NCBI GenBank assembly: GCA_963422615.1
Contig: OY730414.1
Span: 310,001 to 374,000, forward strand
Source: Longimicrobiales bacterium
Lineage (GTDB): Bacteria; Gemmatimonadota; Gemmatimonadetes; Longimicrobiales; Gaopeijiaceae
DNA length: 64,000 nucleotides
Direction of reading: 5' to 3'
The position numbers and the translations under genes were made by a program. Of the stretch, positions 19,588 through 28,899 are shown piece after piece. Numbering within the stretch: position 1 is the first letter of the stretch; the number at the start of each line of letters is the position of its first letter. The notes beneath the pieces were generated by a model. It saw only the letters and a program-made list of their open reading frames with translations, did no database searches and was not told where the DNA came from.

Positions 19588-19623
19588 GGCAAGCTCCCGT
19601 TCCCGGACGGTGAGGAGCTTGCC
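19588..19623. terminator. Inverted repeat between convergent genes (possible terminator)
   Basis: GGCAAGCTCC (19588-19597) pairs with GGAGCTTGCC (19614-19623); no clear U-tract. Confidence 0.4.
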
Positions 19624-19727
19624 GCGGAAACTCCGCTAGACGGTCGCGTCCCGGTCTACCCGTTGGCGTTCGACCTCCCCGAAGCGCTGGGCGTCGTAAG
19701 GCGGGATCCACCGTCCCGCGCCGCTTG

Positions 19728-20636
19728 CTACAACTCTTCCAGCACGGTCCGGTAATTTCGGTGGCGCACCCGTTCTATCCCTCCCTCCGCCACCGCCCGC
19801 AGAACGGCACAACCGGGCTCGTACACATGGACGCAATCCCGGAAGCGGCATCTTCCCAAGTAGGGGCGAAAATCGGCGAAGCACCGACCCAGCTCCACCG
19901 GAGCGACGTCGCCAATCCCCACGTCGGAAAAGCCCGGTGTGTCGGCGACGTAGCCGCCGTGGGGCAGCGGTACGAGTCGGCTGGAAACGGTGGTGTGCCT
20001 GCCGATTCGCGATCGCCTGCCGACCTGTTGGGTGCGAAGGGAGAGCTTGGGATCCAGTCGGTTCAACAAGGAGGACTTCCCCGTTCCCGACGGACCGATC
20101 AGGGCCGAAGAACCGGAGCCCGTCAACCGCCGGAACGTCTCCATTCCTGCGCCAGTTACCACCGATGTGCCCAACACGGGATAGCCCGCCGTTCGGTACG
20201 CTTCCGTCAGCACTTCCCAGTGCTTGTGGCCCTTGGCAAGATCGATCTTGGTCAGTACGAGGTGGGCTTCCAGCCCTCCCGATTCGCCCATCACCAGCAT
20301 TCGGTCAATCACTTCCCGAGACGGTGGCGGATCCGCCACCGACGCCACCACCAAGAGGTGGTCCAGGTTGGCCACCACCACCTTGACGGTCCGCCCCCTG
20401 AACGTTCGCCGGGCCAAGGATGTTCGCCGGGGGTGAACTTTCTCGATCACGTACCCGCCGCTTGAGCTCTCTCGAATTCCCACGCGGTCGCCGACGACGA
20501 CTCTATCCCCGGTTCCCCCGCGCTTCAACCTTCCCCGGAGGAACGCTTCGACCTTCCCGGAAGGCGTGGACACGGAATAGACGCCGCCCGAGGCCTCAAT
20601 CACGCGACCCGTGGTCACGATGCAGCCCAAATGCAA
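19728..20636 (-). CDS. rsgA: Ribosome small subunit-dependent GTPase A
   Basis: Circularly permuted G motifs TKID, GPSGTGKSS, GRHTT, DTPG; Zn site CRFRDCVH..EPGC. Alternative start GTG 20618. Confidence 0.95.
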   Translation of the reverse strand: MHLGCIVTTGRVIEASGGVYSVSTPSGKVEAFLRGRLKRGGTGDRVVVGDRVGIRESSSGGYVIEKVHPRRTSLARRTFRGRTVKVVVANLDHLLVVASVADPPPSREVIDRMLVMGESGGLEAHLVLTKIDLAKGHKHWEVLTEAYRTAGYPVLGTSVVTGAGMETFRRLTGSGSSALIGPSGTGKSSLLNRLDPKLSLRTQQVGRRSRIGRHTTVSSRLVPLPHGGYVADTPGFSDVGIGDVAPVELGRCFADFRPYLGRCRFRDCVHVYEPGCAVLRAVAEGGIERVRHRNYRTVLEEL

Positions 20637-20637
20637 C

Positions 20638-20673
20638 CCACCCCCGCGATGGTCAAAAACCCCGCGGGGGTGG
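20638..20673. terminator. 11-bp GC stem-loop between the sigma factor gene and rsgA
   Basis: CCACCCCCGCG (20638-20648) pairs with CGCGGGGGTGG (20663-20673). Confidence 0.4.
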
Positions 20674-20702
20674 TCGGGACCCGGGATGCGTCAAGAAGCG
20701 GG

Positions 20703-21593
20703 TCAGGCGGCGAAGGACTTGAGGGCTTCGCCCTTGTCACCTTGTCGCAAGCGCCGCAATGCTCTGTCTCTTAGCTGGCGGATCCGTTCCCGGGTGACGC
20801 CCAGATGATTTCCAATTTCCTCCAGGGTGTGCTGTCGCTCCCCTTCCAGACCAAAGTACAGCTTCAGAACTTCGGCGTCCCGGGGTTCCAGAGCACCCAA
20901 GGCGCTGGTGACCGCCTCGGCAAGAAGGCGGTTTTCCACCTCCAACTCGGGCTCTGCCGCTTCCTCGGTAATGAATCGTTCCACGAGCTGGGAGTCCTCG
21001 CTGTCCCCGATCGGGGCGTCCAGCCGGATCTCGGCGGCGTTCAGGGTCTGGAGGGACTCCACCAGCTCAGGCGTCAGGCGGGCCGCCCTTCCCAGCTCTA
21101 CGCTGGTGGGCTCGCGCCCCAGATCCTGCTTGAGCCGCTCCTTCTCCCGAAAGATGCGGGCCAGATCCGAGGCCCGGTTCAGGGGCACCCGAACCGGGCG
21201 CCCGTGGTTCGCCAACGAAGCCAGGATGGCTTGGCGGATCCACCAGACCGCGTAGCTGATGAACTTCACACCCTGCTCGGGATCGAACTTCCGGGCCGCC
21301 GTGACCAGCCCCACATTCCCCTCCTGGATCAGATCCGTGAGGGAAACGCCCCGATTCTGGTACTTCTTGGCGACGCTGATCACGAAGCGCAGGTTGGCCC
21401 TCGCCAGGGCCTGAATCGCTTCCTCGTCGCCCTTCTGGGCCTTGGCACCCAGTATCTTTTCCATGTCCGGGGTGATCAGTTCGTGGCGGCTCACGTCCCT
21501 GAGGTACTGATCCAGCGCGGTTTGCTCGTCCAGACTGGAATCGAAACCCGTAAGGGGGTTTACCCGCTTTCTACCCCGAGTTTTCCTAGGCAT
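20703..21593 (-). CDS. RNA polymerase sigma factor, RpoD/SigA family, short form lacking region 1.1 (copy 1)
   Basis: LDQYLRDV, ANLRFVISVAKKY, DLIQEGN, KFISYAVWWIRQ, TLEEIG..LGVTRERIRQ. Start at 21593 or 21620. Confidence 0.93.
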   Translation of the reverse strand: MPRKTRGRKRVNPLTGFDSSLDEQTALDQYLRDVSRHELITPDMEKILGAKAQKGDEEAIQALARANLRFVISVAKKYQNRGVSLTDLIQEGNVGLVTAARKFDPEQGVKFISYAVWWIRQAILASLANHGRPVRVPLNRASDLARIFREKERLKQDLGREPTSVELGRAARLTPELVESLQTLNAAEIRLDAPIGDSEDSQLVERFITEEAAEPELEVENRLLAEAVTSALGALEPRDAEVLKLYFGLEGERQHTLEEIGNHLGVTRERIRQLRDRALRRLRQGDKGEALKSFAA

Positions 21594-21651
21594 CTTCTTC
21601 TGGGTATCTCCATTGCGCACCGGGCAAGGCCCGGTTGAGGCGTAGCAAGTA

Positions 21652-21689
21652 CAGCCCTAATGGATAGGGCTGCCTATTTCACTTGTCAA
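21652..21689 (-). promoter_or_regulatory. Candidate promoter (perfect TTGACA) with an inverted repeat over the -10 region
   Basis: TTGACA at 21689-21684 on the minus strand; CAGCCCTA-N5-TAGGGCTG at 21652-21672; locally AT-rich. Confidence 0.5.
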
Positions 21690-21705
21690 TTTGTTTTGTC
21701 GATCA

Positions 21706-21741
21706 ATTAGGGCGGCCATTCCGATTAGGGCGGCCATTCCG
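21706..21741. repeat. Perfect 18-bp tandem duplication ATTAGGGCGGCCATTCCG x2
   Basis: 21706-21723 and 21724-21741 are identical. Confidence 0.95.
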
Positions 21742-21864
21742 ACATCCATTGGCGTCCGGAGCCCCGCTCCTGTCCATTCCGGCTTCCCGTTCCATACATC
21801 CTTCCCCTACATACGTTCCAATCCCGCTTCCGGTTTTCCCCGAAGGCTCCGCCTGATGTAGGGC

Positions 21865-23220
21865 TTATGGGGCCACTCCCGGCCGTGTCCCAACCGGTTC
21901 CCGGACAGCACGGGAACCCCCACCTTCCAGCCGCCCGGAGTGAGACGCCAGACGCTCCAGAAGCCACTCGGGTTTCACGTTCCGTCTTTCAAAAGTGAAC
22001 AAGCGAAGAACCCGGGCCGTTCGGTACAACTCCACCGCGAGCTTCGGGAGATCAATCAGACCGGGGATCCCCTTCCGTCCAAGACGGACGACGCCGTCGG
22101 CCCGCTCCACGAGTATGTCCAACTGAAACATCGCTTTCTTTGTCGGAAAATCGAGGATCACCTCTCCGGGAGAGAGCCCCAGCTCCCGGGCGATTCCGTC
22201 TTCCCACTGCCGCTTTTGGGGAGAGCTCCCGCCGACCCACTCCGGCACCGGCCACCCATCCAGCTGCCAGGCAGGGATCTCTGTCGCGCGCTTGGGCAAC
22301 TTTCGCTCCCGCAGGGCCGGCAGCCAGCGTTCGGCAAGGGGAGCCGCCACGGAACCCGAACCGGCCCTGGCCCGCCGTTCCAGCTCGTAGAGGAGCTCCT
22401 CGTCGGTGAGACCGATCAGTTCGACAGGCGACAGCAAGCCCCCTTCCAACGCCGTCTCCACGATCCGCTTGTAAAGTCCGGTGCCGGCCCGAACGGCGTG
22501 GTGCCAGTAGACGGTCCTAAACATCTGGTATTTGGCGAAGAGGAGGGATTCAACCGCGCTCAAGGCCTTCTCGCGTACGCCCACCTCCCAGGAGCCGGTA
22601 TCCGGATCTTCCAGGAGCACCAAGCCCTGGAGGAGACGATCCACATCCACCTCCCCGTAGGGCACGCCGCAGAAACGGGCGTCTCGGCGAAGGTATTCCA
22701 TCTTGTCCAGGTCCAGGCTTCCGCTTACCAGCCCGCGGAGCGGCATTCTTTCGCTCCCCCGAATGATTCGGAAGATCCTTTCGGCGGAGTCTGCTCCCAG
22801 GGGAGCCAGGGCGGACTTCAACTCCCCGGACTCAAAAAAGCGGATACTCACCTCCTCGTGATCCCCAGGCAGGCGCTCGGGGTCCAGTTCTTCCAGGGCG
22901 TGGGAGAAGGCGTAGTGGCCGATGTCGTGGAGCAGCGCCGCGTAGGGAATCAGACGGGCGCCTTCCCAAACGTGAGGAGAAACTGCCGGCTTTTCCTTCA
23001 GGATCGTCATCGCCTTGACGGCCAGGTAGTAGACGCCCAGGGCATGGTCGAAGCGCGTGTGGGTAGCGCCGGGATAGACGAGGTGGGCGAAGCCCAACTG
23101 ACGGATGTACCGAAGTCTCTGAAAAGCCGCCGTGTCGACGATCGTTGCTGCGACGGGATCCAGCCGGATGGCGTTCCAGAGGGGATCGCGGATGACGAGG
23201 GACCGTCCGTGTCCAGACAT
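21865..23220 (-). CDS. HD-domain phosphohydrolase (COG1078, SAMHD1/dNTPase-like)
   Basis: IRDPLW, FQRLRYIRQLG..YPGATHTRFDHALG, LLHDIGH..FSH, DLDKMEYLRRD. Confidence 0.92.
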   Translation of the reverse strand: MSGHGRSLVIRDPLWNAIRLDPVAATIVDTAAFQRLRYIRQLGFAHLVYPGATHTRFDHALGVYYLAVKAMTILKEKPAVSPHVWEGARLIPYAALLHDIGHYAFSHALEELDPERLPGDHEEVSIRFFESGELKSALAPLGADSAERIFRIIRGSERMPLRGLVSGSLDLDKMEYLRRDARFCGVPYGEVDVDRLLQGLVLLEDPDTGSWEVGVREKALSAVESLLFAKYQMFRTVYWHHAVRAGTGLYKRIVETALEGGLLSPVELIGLTDEELLYELERRARAGSGSVAAPLAERWLPALRERKLPKRATEIPAWQLDGWPVPEWVGGSSPQKRQWEDGIARELGLSPGEVILDFPTKKAMFQLDILVERADGVVRLGRKGIPGLIDLPKLAVELYRTARVLRLFTFERRNVKPEWLLERLASHSGRLEGGGSRAVREPVGTRPGVAP

Positions 23221-23235
23221 GGAACATCAGGGTAG

Positions 23236-23253
23236 CCCGCCCGGCCGGGCGGG
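23236..23253. repeat. Perfect 18-bp palindrome in the divergent intergenic region
   Basis: CCCGCCCGGCCGGGCGGG is its own reverse complement. Confidence 0.8.
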
Positions 23254-23324
23254 ACAACCTCGGATTCGGGGCCGATCTTTCCCCATTGACCGAATGCCGA
23301 ACAAAGGGCGAATTTGGCCTTGTG

Positions 23325-24416
23325 ATGGCCGATCCTTCCCCGTCCCTGAGAGAATACGTGCGCCAGCGGGCGGAAGACCGGCCGGGGGTGTACAGGTGGA
23401 TGGGCGACGACGGAAGGATCCTCTACGTGGGCAAGTCGATCCGGCTGAAGTCCCGCCTCCTCTCCTACTTTCGCAAAACCGAGGGCAAAATCGCCCGGTT
23501 GATGGGAAAAGCCGCCCGGGTGGCTTGGGACTATCTTCCCAACGAATTTGCTGCGCTGTTTCGAGAGATGCAGATGATCCACGCCTGGCAGCCGGAATAC
23601 AACGTAGAACACAAGCGGACGCGTCGTCACGGCTTCATCAAAGTCACCCGGGAGACCGCGCCCCGGCTGGTTGCCGTGACTCAGGTATCGAACGACGGGG
23701 CCTGCTACTACGGTCCTTTCGGCCGGACGGCGTGGCTCAGGGGGGCCGTTCGCGATCTCTCCCGGGTCGTGGGGCTTCGGGATTGCTCGGGGAACACGCC
23801 GGTTCATTTTGGCGACCAGATCGAGATGTTCGCAAACGGGATCGCGCCTCGGTGCATGCGAGCCGGGGCGGGCACATGTCTGGCCCCCTGCGCAGGACAC
23901 TGCACCCGCCCGGAATACGATCGGCGTCTACGTCTTGCGCGAGCGTTTCTGGAAGCCCGGAGCCGGGCACCCCTGGACGAGCTCTCCCGGTCTCTGGAAG
24001 CGGCGGCCGAACGCATGAACTACGAGTATGCGGCCACGATCCGGGACCGGATGAAGACCCTGGAGAGGCTGCAACGACACCTGTCTGGCTTCCGGGGCCA
24101 AGCCTGGAAACTGAACTTGGTATACTCCGTGCCCGGGTTCGGAAGCGACGACCGAATCTACCTTGTCCGCCTGGGCCGCCTGCACGGCGAACTGCCCGTG
24201 CCCAAGACGGAAGGCGAACGGAGGCGGGCCGCCGGAATCATCAAGGAGGTCTTTCGGCCTTCCCCGGATGACGAAGGCGCCGCGATGAACGGGCGCACGG
24301 CGGCTCAGACCCTTCTCATGATCTCCTGGTTCAACCGGCGGCCCCGGGAGCGCCGCCGGGCCGTGGCACCGAGCAGGTGGCTAGCGGCAAACGCACCCGG
24401 CCGAGGCCGAACCTAA
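23325..24416 (+). CDS. GIY-YIG nuclease, UvrC N-terminal/Cho-like, with Cys cluster and UVR domain
   Basis: PGVY...ILYVGKS..LKSRLLSYF, YYGPF, LRDC...C...CLAPC, AAERMNYEYAATIRD. No RNase H-like or HhH C-terminal half. ORF is open from 23286. Confidence 0.87.
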   Translation: MADPSPSLREYVRQRAEDRPGVYRWMGDDGRILYVGKSIRLKSRLLSYFRKTEGKIARLMGKAARVAWDYLPNEFAALFREMQMIHAWQPEYNVEHKRTRRHGFIKVTRETAPRLVAVTQVSNDGACYYGPFGRTAWLRGAVRDLSRVVGLRDCSGNTPVHFGDQIEMFANGIAPRCMRAGAGTCLAPCAGHCTRPEYDRRLRLARAFLEARSRAPLDELSRSLEAAAERMNYEYAATIRDRMKTLERLQRHLSGFRGQAWKLNLVYSVPGFGSDDRIYLVRLGRLHGELPVPKTEGERRRAAGIIKEVFRPSPDDEGAAMNGRTAAQTLLMISWFNRRPRERRRAVAPSRWLAANAPGRGRT

Positions 24417-24463
24417 TTCGGTCGAACCGGAGAAGAGCCCGTGCTCCCCCACCGGGGAACGCT

Positions 24464-27076
24464 TCATCCGCCGGGCTCCAGCATCCACCGCTCCGCCGCA
24501 ACGGACTCCACTCTCTCCCGGGAGTAGAAGACCGGAAAATAGCGATCGGCGGCCCAGAGCTCGAAGAGGTTGTCGTAGAACGGGGAGTTGGGGTCGCCGG
24601 ACTGGCCGGGAGTGTTGGCGCCCATCGTCCGGTCCCAGTCGCCCGTGTCGACAATGATCCGAAAGGACGCCCCCGATGTCTGGTTGTCCCCGCTTCCCGT
24701 GTTGTTCAGCGTGTAGCTGTTTCCGCCCCTGGGGAGAGGGCCCGGGGTGAACCGATTCGCCAAATCACCGGAAACAGCCCGGGAAAGGGGATGAAAAATC
24801 GTCGCGTGCTTGTAAGCCGCCTGGCCGTAGCGCCAGTCGTTCATCTCTTCTCCCAGCTTCGTTCGAAGACCCCGGACCGCTTCTTCCAGGCTGCGCGCCA
24901 GGACTTCGTCCCTTCCCGCCACGGGATCGCTACCGAACTCCCCGCCGGGAGCGGTCAGGTGAGCGACGACCTTGGCCATGGACATCCCGCGAAGGAGGCG
25001 CCGTCCCTCCAAAGGCACGAACAGCGCATGAACGTTCTGCCGCAACCGGGCCTCGAAAGCCGCGTAGATCCCGGCGGCCACCGATTCGGGACGGAGAATG
25101 AAGTCCCACTGCAGAAGGCGATTGCGAGCTTCTTCTTCAGGCCCAACCCGGGGTTCCAAGTGGCGAAGCATGGGAACCAGGGTGCGGGCAGGAATCGACA
25201 GATAGTCCGTTTGCAAGGCCATCATATCCGTGATGGAGTGACGGCGGCCCGACCCCAGCACCTCGACCGCTCGGGCCCAACGGTACGGGTCGGACCACTC
25301 CCAGCCTATCGCGTCCCGGTGGGGGTAGTCCGGAGGGGTCAGGTGGTTGTTCGCCGTGGCGATGTAGCCTTCCTGCGGATTGTACGCGCTGGGCTTCGCC
25401 TTGATGGGCAGGTACCCGTCCCACTCGTAGCGCCCGTCCCCGGGGACCGGTACCAGACCCGACCAATTTCGACGAAGCGGGGCGATCCCCACGGCTTGCC
25501 ATCCGATGTTCCCCGCCCGGTCGGCCCAGACCATGTTTTCGCCGGGAATGTTGGAGTAGTTGCACGCCTCCACGAATTCTTCCCATGTCGTCGCTTGGTT
25601 CATGCGAAGGCTCGCCAAATAGGGGGCGCCGCCGGGTTCCAGCCATGCAGCCCGGACGGCGTAGGCCACATTGTTGCCCGGGTCCTCATGGACGACCGGT
25701 CCATGGCGCGTGTACTTGAAGGTGGCCTCGTGGGGCGCCCGGTCCTTTACGGGGATCTCCTCACGGATGACCGTCATTTCTTCCCATGCGTCCCGGTAGC
25801 GGTAGCGGTTCGGGTCGGTCGGATCCGTCTCGTAGACATACAGATCCTCACCATCCGTCCGGAACACGGTGAGGCCCCAGGCTCCGTGCCCGTTGTGACC
25901 GATGCTGACTCCCGGAATTTCGGGCTCTCCCCCTCCGATCACGTTCCACCCCGGCCCCACCAAGTGGACCCAGTAACGCAACGACGGCACGGACTGGGCC
26001 CGGTGGGGATCGTTGGCCATGAGGGGATAGCCGCTTTCACTCCGTCGCCCGCTCACCACCCAGTTGTTGGATCCCAGGTCCTCCCGGTCCTGCCATGCCA
26101 ACCCCGCTTGTGCTTCCATCCCCCTAAGGGAGGCGACCCCGGAATTCCCGTCCGATGGGGCGCGACCACCCGAAGCGGTTTCGCCAACCCCCCTCCTGAC
26201 GAGGGCGACCCCATCCTCACTGCCCCGGTAGGCCGGAGCGATGTGCTCGGCGCGGAAACGCAAAGGACGCCGAAAAGCATTGTACAGCTTGAGAATGTCG
26301 GCCTCCAGAAGGTCCCCGTTGATCGCCGGATCCAGGGCCATCTCCGGTTCACCGGGATGGAAGTTGGCGGCCCGAATCACGGCTTCCTCCCCCAGAAGGG
26401 CCACCGCCCGGCCGTAGTTCAGCTCCGCACCGATGTTCCCCAGAAGGCCCTGATGCCGGGAAATCACCACTTCCGGCGTCCATCGCTTGGGCCGGATTCC
26501 CAAGAGCTCGAATTCCACAGGCAGGAGCCCGGGGTCGGCCTCCGTTTCCGCAATGTATGCGTTCACCCCGTCCACGTAGGCCTGGATGATGGCCGCTCCC
26601 CGGTCGTGGTAGTGGTTCATTTCCCGCATCGGATCCCCCCGGTACTTGAAGAGACGGAACCCGATGTCCCGCTCCAGCTCCGACGGACCCAGCATCTCGG
26701 CGGCGGTCCCCGTGGCCTGGGCTCTCCAAACCTCGAACTGGAAGAGCCGGTCCCGGGCCGCGGCGTATCCTTGGGCGAAAAAGAGGTCGGACTCGGTTTT
26801 CGCGTAGATGTGATTGATCCCCCACCGATCCCGGATGATCTCAACGGTGGAGGCAAGACCCGGCACGGTAACGCGGACGGCCTGGGGGAAAACTGGCTCC
26901 GAAGCGAGGCGTCCCTGACTCCTCAGGGTAGCGGAAGGCAACGGCCGGTCCGAATCGGATTGGCGCACGGCCCGTGGGGCCGCCAAAACCTGAACCGGCA
27001 ACACAAGGAGAAGAAACGCGACTAGACAGGACTTCGGAGGGGAACCGGGCAACCCCGGGGAGATCTTGTGACTCAT
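24464..27076 (-). CDS. Penicillin acylase family (Ntn-hydrolase), secreted
   Basis: Signal peptide; RDRWGINHIYA, AQGYAAARDRLFQ, beta-chain start G/SNNWVVSG, ANDPH, PGQSG. Confidence 0.93.
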   Translation of the reverse strand: MSHKISPGLPGSPPKSCLVAFLLLVLPVQVLAAPRAVRQSDSDRPLPSATLRSQGRLASEPVFPQAVRVTVPGLASTVEIIRDRWGINHIYAKTESDLFFAQGYAAARDRLFQFEVWRAQATGTAAEMLGPSELERDIGFRLFKYRGDPMREMNHYHDRGAAIIQAYVDGVNAYIAETEADPGLLPVEFELLGIRPKRWTPEVVISRHQGLLGNIGAELNYGRAVALLGEEAVIRAANFHPGEPEMALDPAINGDLLEADILKLYNAFRRPLRFRAEHIAPAYRGSEDGVALVRRGVGETASGGRAPSDGNSGVASLRGMEAQAGLAWQDREDLGSNNWVVSGRRSESGYPLMANDPHRAQSVPSLRYWVHLVGPGWNVIGGGEPEIPGVSIGHNGHGAWGLTVFRTDGEDLYVYETDPTDPNRYRYRDAWEEMTVIREEIPVKDRAPHEATFKYTRHGPVVHEDPGNNVAYAVRAAWLEPGGAPYLASLRMNQATTWEEFVEACNYSNIPGENMVWADRAGNIGWQAVGIAPLRRNWSGLVPVPGDGRYEWDGYLPIKAKPSAYNPQEGYIATANNHLTPPDYPHRDAIGWEWSDPYRWARAVEVLGSGRRHSITDMMALQTDYLSIPARTLVPMLRHLEPRVGPEEEARNRLLQWDFILRPESVAAGIYAAFEARLRQNVHALFVPLEGRRLLRGMSMAKVVAHLTAPGGEFGSDPVAGRDEVLARSLEEAVRGLRTKLGEEMNDWRYGQAAYKHATIFHPLSRAVSGDLANRFTPGPLPRGGNSYTLNNTGSGDNQTSGASFRIIVDTGDWDRTMGANTPGQSGDPNSPFYDNLFELWAADRYFPVFYSRERVESVAAERWMLEPGG

Positions 27077-27188
27077 TGGCTCAACTACTCCTTACCCTTT
27101 GGATGCCCCCGGCTTTTTGGCCGGAGAGGGAGGACGCAACTCCAGGGCGGACAAATCGCGGATCCGGGGAGAGTGGACCTTTCCCGCG

Positions 27189-28871
27189 TCACGCCTCATG
27201 GGTGGTTCGCCCGCCCGCTACGGTTCTGATCACCGGAATTTGCTTGAGTTCGTCCGGGTCCACCTTCATCGGATCGGCTGCCAGCACCACGAAGTCGGCC
27301 AACTTGCCCACCGTGATGGAGCCCTTGATGTCTTCTTCGAACGAGGCGTAGGCACCGCCCATCGTGCAGATGCGCAACGCCTGGGCCACGCTGATCCGTT
27401 GGTTCGAACCCCATACCCGGCCGTCGAAGTCTTTCCGGGTGACCATGCTCTGAAGGGCCATGAGGGGCTCGAAGGGACCCGGCGTGTAGTCCGACGCCGG
27501 GGCCACCGGGATTTCATAATCCAGGAACGACCGGTGGGCGAACATCCACGCCATCTTCTCGGGACCGTACTCGACCCACTTGTTTCCGTGGTAGTGAACG
27601 TAGGTGTAGAAGGGCGTCGGTATCGCTCCCGCGGCCTTGACCCTTCGAAGCAGCTCCGGGTTGACAAGCGAACAGTGCTCAATCCGGTGTCTGGCGTCGG
27701 GCCGAGGCCAACGTTCTTGAACTCGTTCGTACGCGTTCAGGACCATGGCAATGGTCACGTCTCCGTTGGCATGGATCCCCACCTGCCAACCGGAACGATG
27801 GGCCCGCTCCACGACATCGTGGATCTCCTCCTGGCTCATGGTCAGGATTCCATAATCGTCGGGACGGCCCACATACGGCGTGCTCATCCGCATCGTGCGC
27901 TCCGACGCCGACCCGTCAGCCCCGTACTTCACTCCGCCGACCCGGAGCCATTCGTCCCCAAACCCGGTGGACACTCCCGCCTCCCGCAGGTGCTCGTAAG
28001 GCCCTCGCATCATCATGTAGACCCGGCAGCTCAGTTCTCCCGCCCGATAGGCGGCGCTATAGGCGGCCACGCTGTTCGCCGACGTTCCCGCATCGTGAAA
28101 GGAAGTGATACCCGCCGCGGCCATCAGCTCTGTGATGAGCTTGACCCCTGCCTGCCGGTCTTCGTCGGTGTGGGCGTTGGGGATGAGGGAGGAGAAGACG
28201 TAGTTGGCGCGCTCTGCAACCCGTCCGGTGAGCGCCCCGTCCTCCTTGTAGAACTTCCCGCCCGGAGGGTCCGGGGTGTCTGCGGAAACCCCTGCCAGAG
28301 CAAAGGCCCTGGAGTTGTAGACGCTGGTGTGTCCCCCTCGGTGTCCCACAACCGCAGGATGATTCGGTACGGCTTCATCCAGATCCAGACGGCTGAGCGG
28401 CCGCCCCTCCGCGAGTTTCGTGTCGTCGTATTTGAAACCTCGTATCCACTCCCCGGGGGGCACCTCCCGGGCTCGCGCCGCCATGCGTTGTTGGATCTCT
28501 GCAATGCTCCGAACATCAACGTTTACGTCCTTGAGCTCCCGCACACCTGCTCCAGCGGGGTGGGTGTGGGCGTCAATGAAACCGGGAACGACCACGCCGT
28601 CCCGGTAGTCCAGCACCTCCGTGCCCGGGGCCCGAAGGCTCTCGACCTCGTCCCTTGCCCCCAAGGCGGCGAAGCGCCCGTCCTTCACCGCGAAGGAATC
28701 GGCGGAGGGGTTGCCGTCGTCCTGGGTGTGAACCGTGCGGGCGTGGACGATCAGGTCCGCGCCGCCACCCGTCCGGCCATCCCCACCCGTTCCCGAACAC
28801 GCCCCGACAAGTCCGGCCCCTGCTGCTCCTGCCGCCGTTCCCAGAAACTGTCCCCGCGTCAATCTCTGCAT
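27189..28871 (-). CDS. Amidohydrolase-3 (YtcJ/NfdA-like), probable Tat lipoprotein
   Basis: PGFIDAHTH, HANGD, HRIEHCS, ASDY, GSITVGKLADFVVL. Start MQRLTRGQFLG...LVGAC lies behind GAGAGGG. Confidence 0.9.
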   Translation of the reverse strand: MQRLTRGQFLGTAAGAAGAGLVGACSGTGGDGRTGGGADLIVHARTVHTQDDGNPSADSFAVKDGRFAALGARDEVESLRAPGTEVLDYRDGVVVPGFIDAHTHPAGAGVRELKDVNVDVRSIAEIQQRMAARAREVPPGEWIRGFKYDDTKLAEGRPLSRLDLDEAVPNHPAVVGHRGGHTSVYNSRAFALAGVSADTPDPPGGKFYKEDGALTGRVAERANYVFSSLIPNAHTDEDRQAGVKLITELMAAAGITSFHDAGTSANSVAAYSAAYRAGELSCRVYMMMRGPYEHLREAGVSTGFGDEWLRVGGVKYGADGSASERTMRMSTPYVGRPDDYGILTMSQEEIHDVVERAHRSGWQVGIHANGDVTIAMVLNAYERVQERWPRPDARHRIEHCSLVNPELLRRVKAAGAIPTPFYTYVHYHGNKWVEYGPEKMAWMFAHRSFLDYEIPVAPASDYTPGPFEPLMALQSMVTRKDFDGRVWGSNQRISVAQALRICTMGGAYASFEEDIKGSITVGKLADFVVLAADPMKVDPDELKQIPVIRTVAGGRTTHEA

Positions 28872-28899
28872 GCTTTCTTCCCTCTCCTCAATAAGGGTT

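Noticed and set aside
21706..21741. Tandem repeat considered as a CRISPR remnant or IS target-site duplication
   Set aside because: Only two abutting copies with no spacer, and no cas or transposase gene in the window.
21865..24416. HD protein plus nuclease as a bona fide anti-phage system
   Set aside because: The genes are divergent rather than operonic, sit among housekeeping genes and have no mobile or defence context. Kept only as a lower-confidence repair-module finding.
27401..27411. GGTTCGAACCC T-loop-like sequence
   Set aside because: Internal to the amidohydrolase CDS with no tRNA structure around it.
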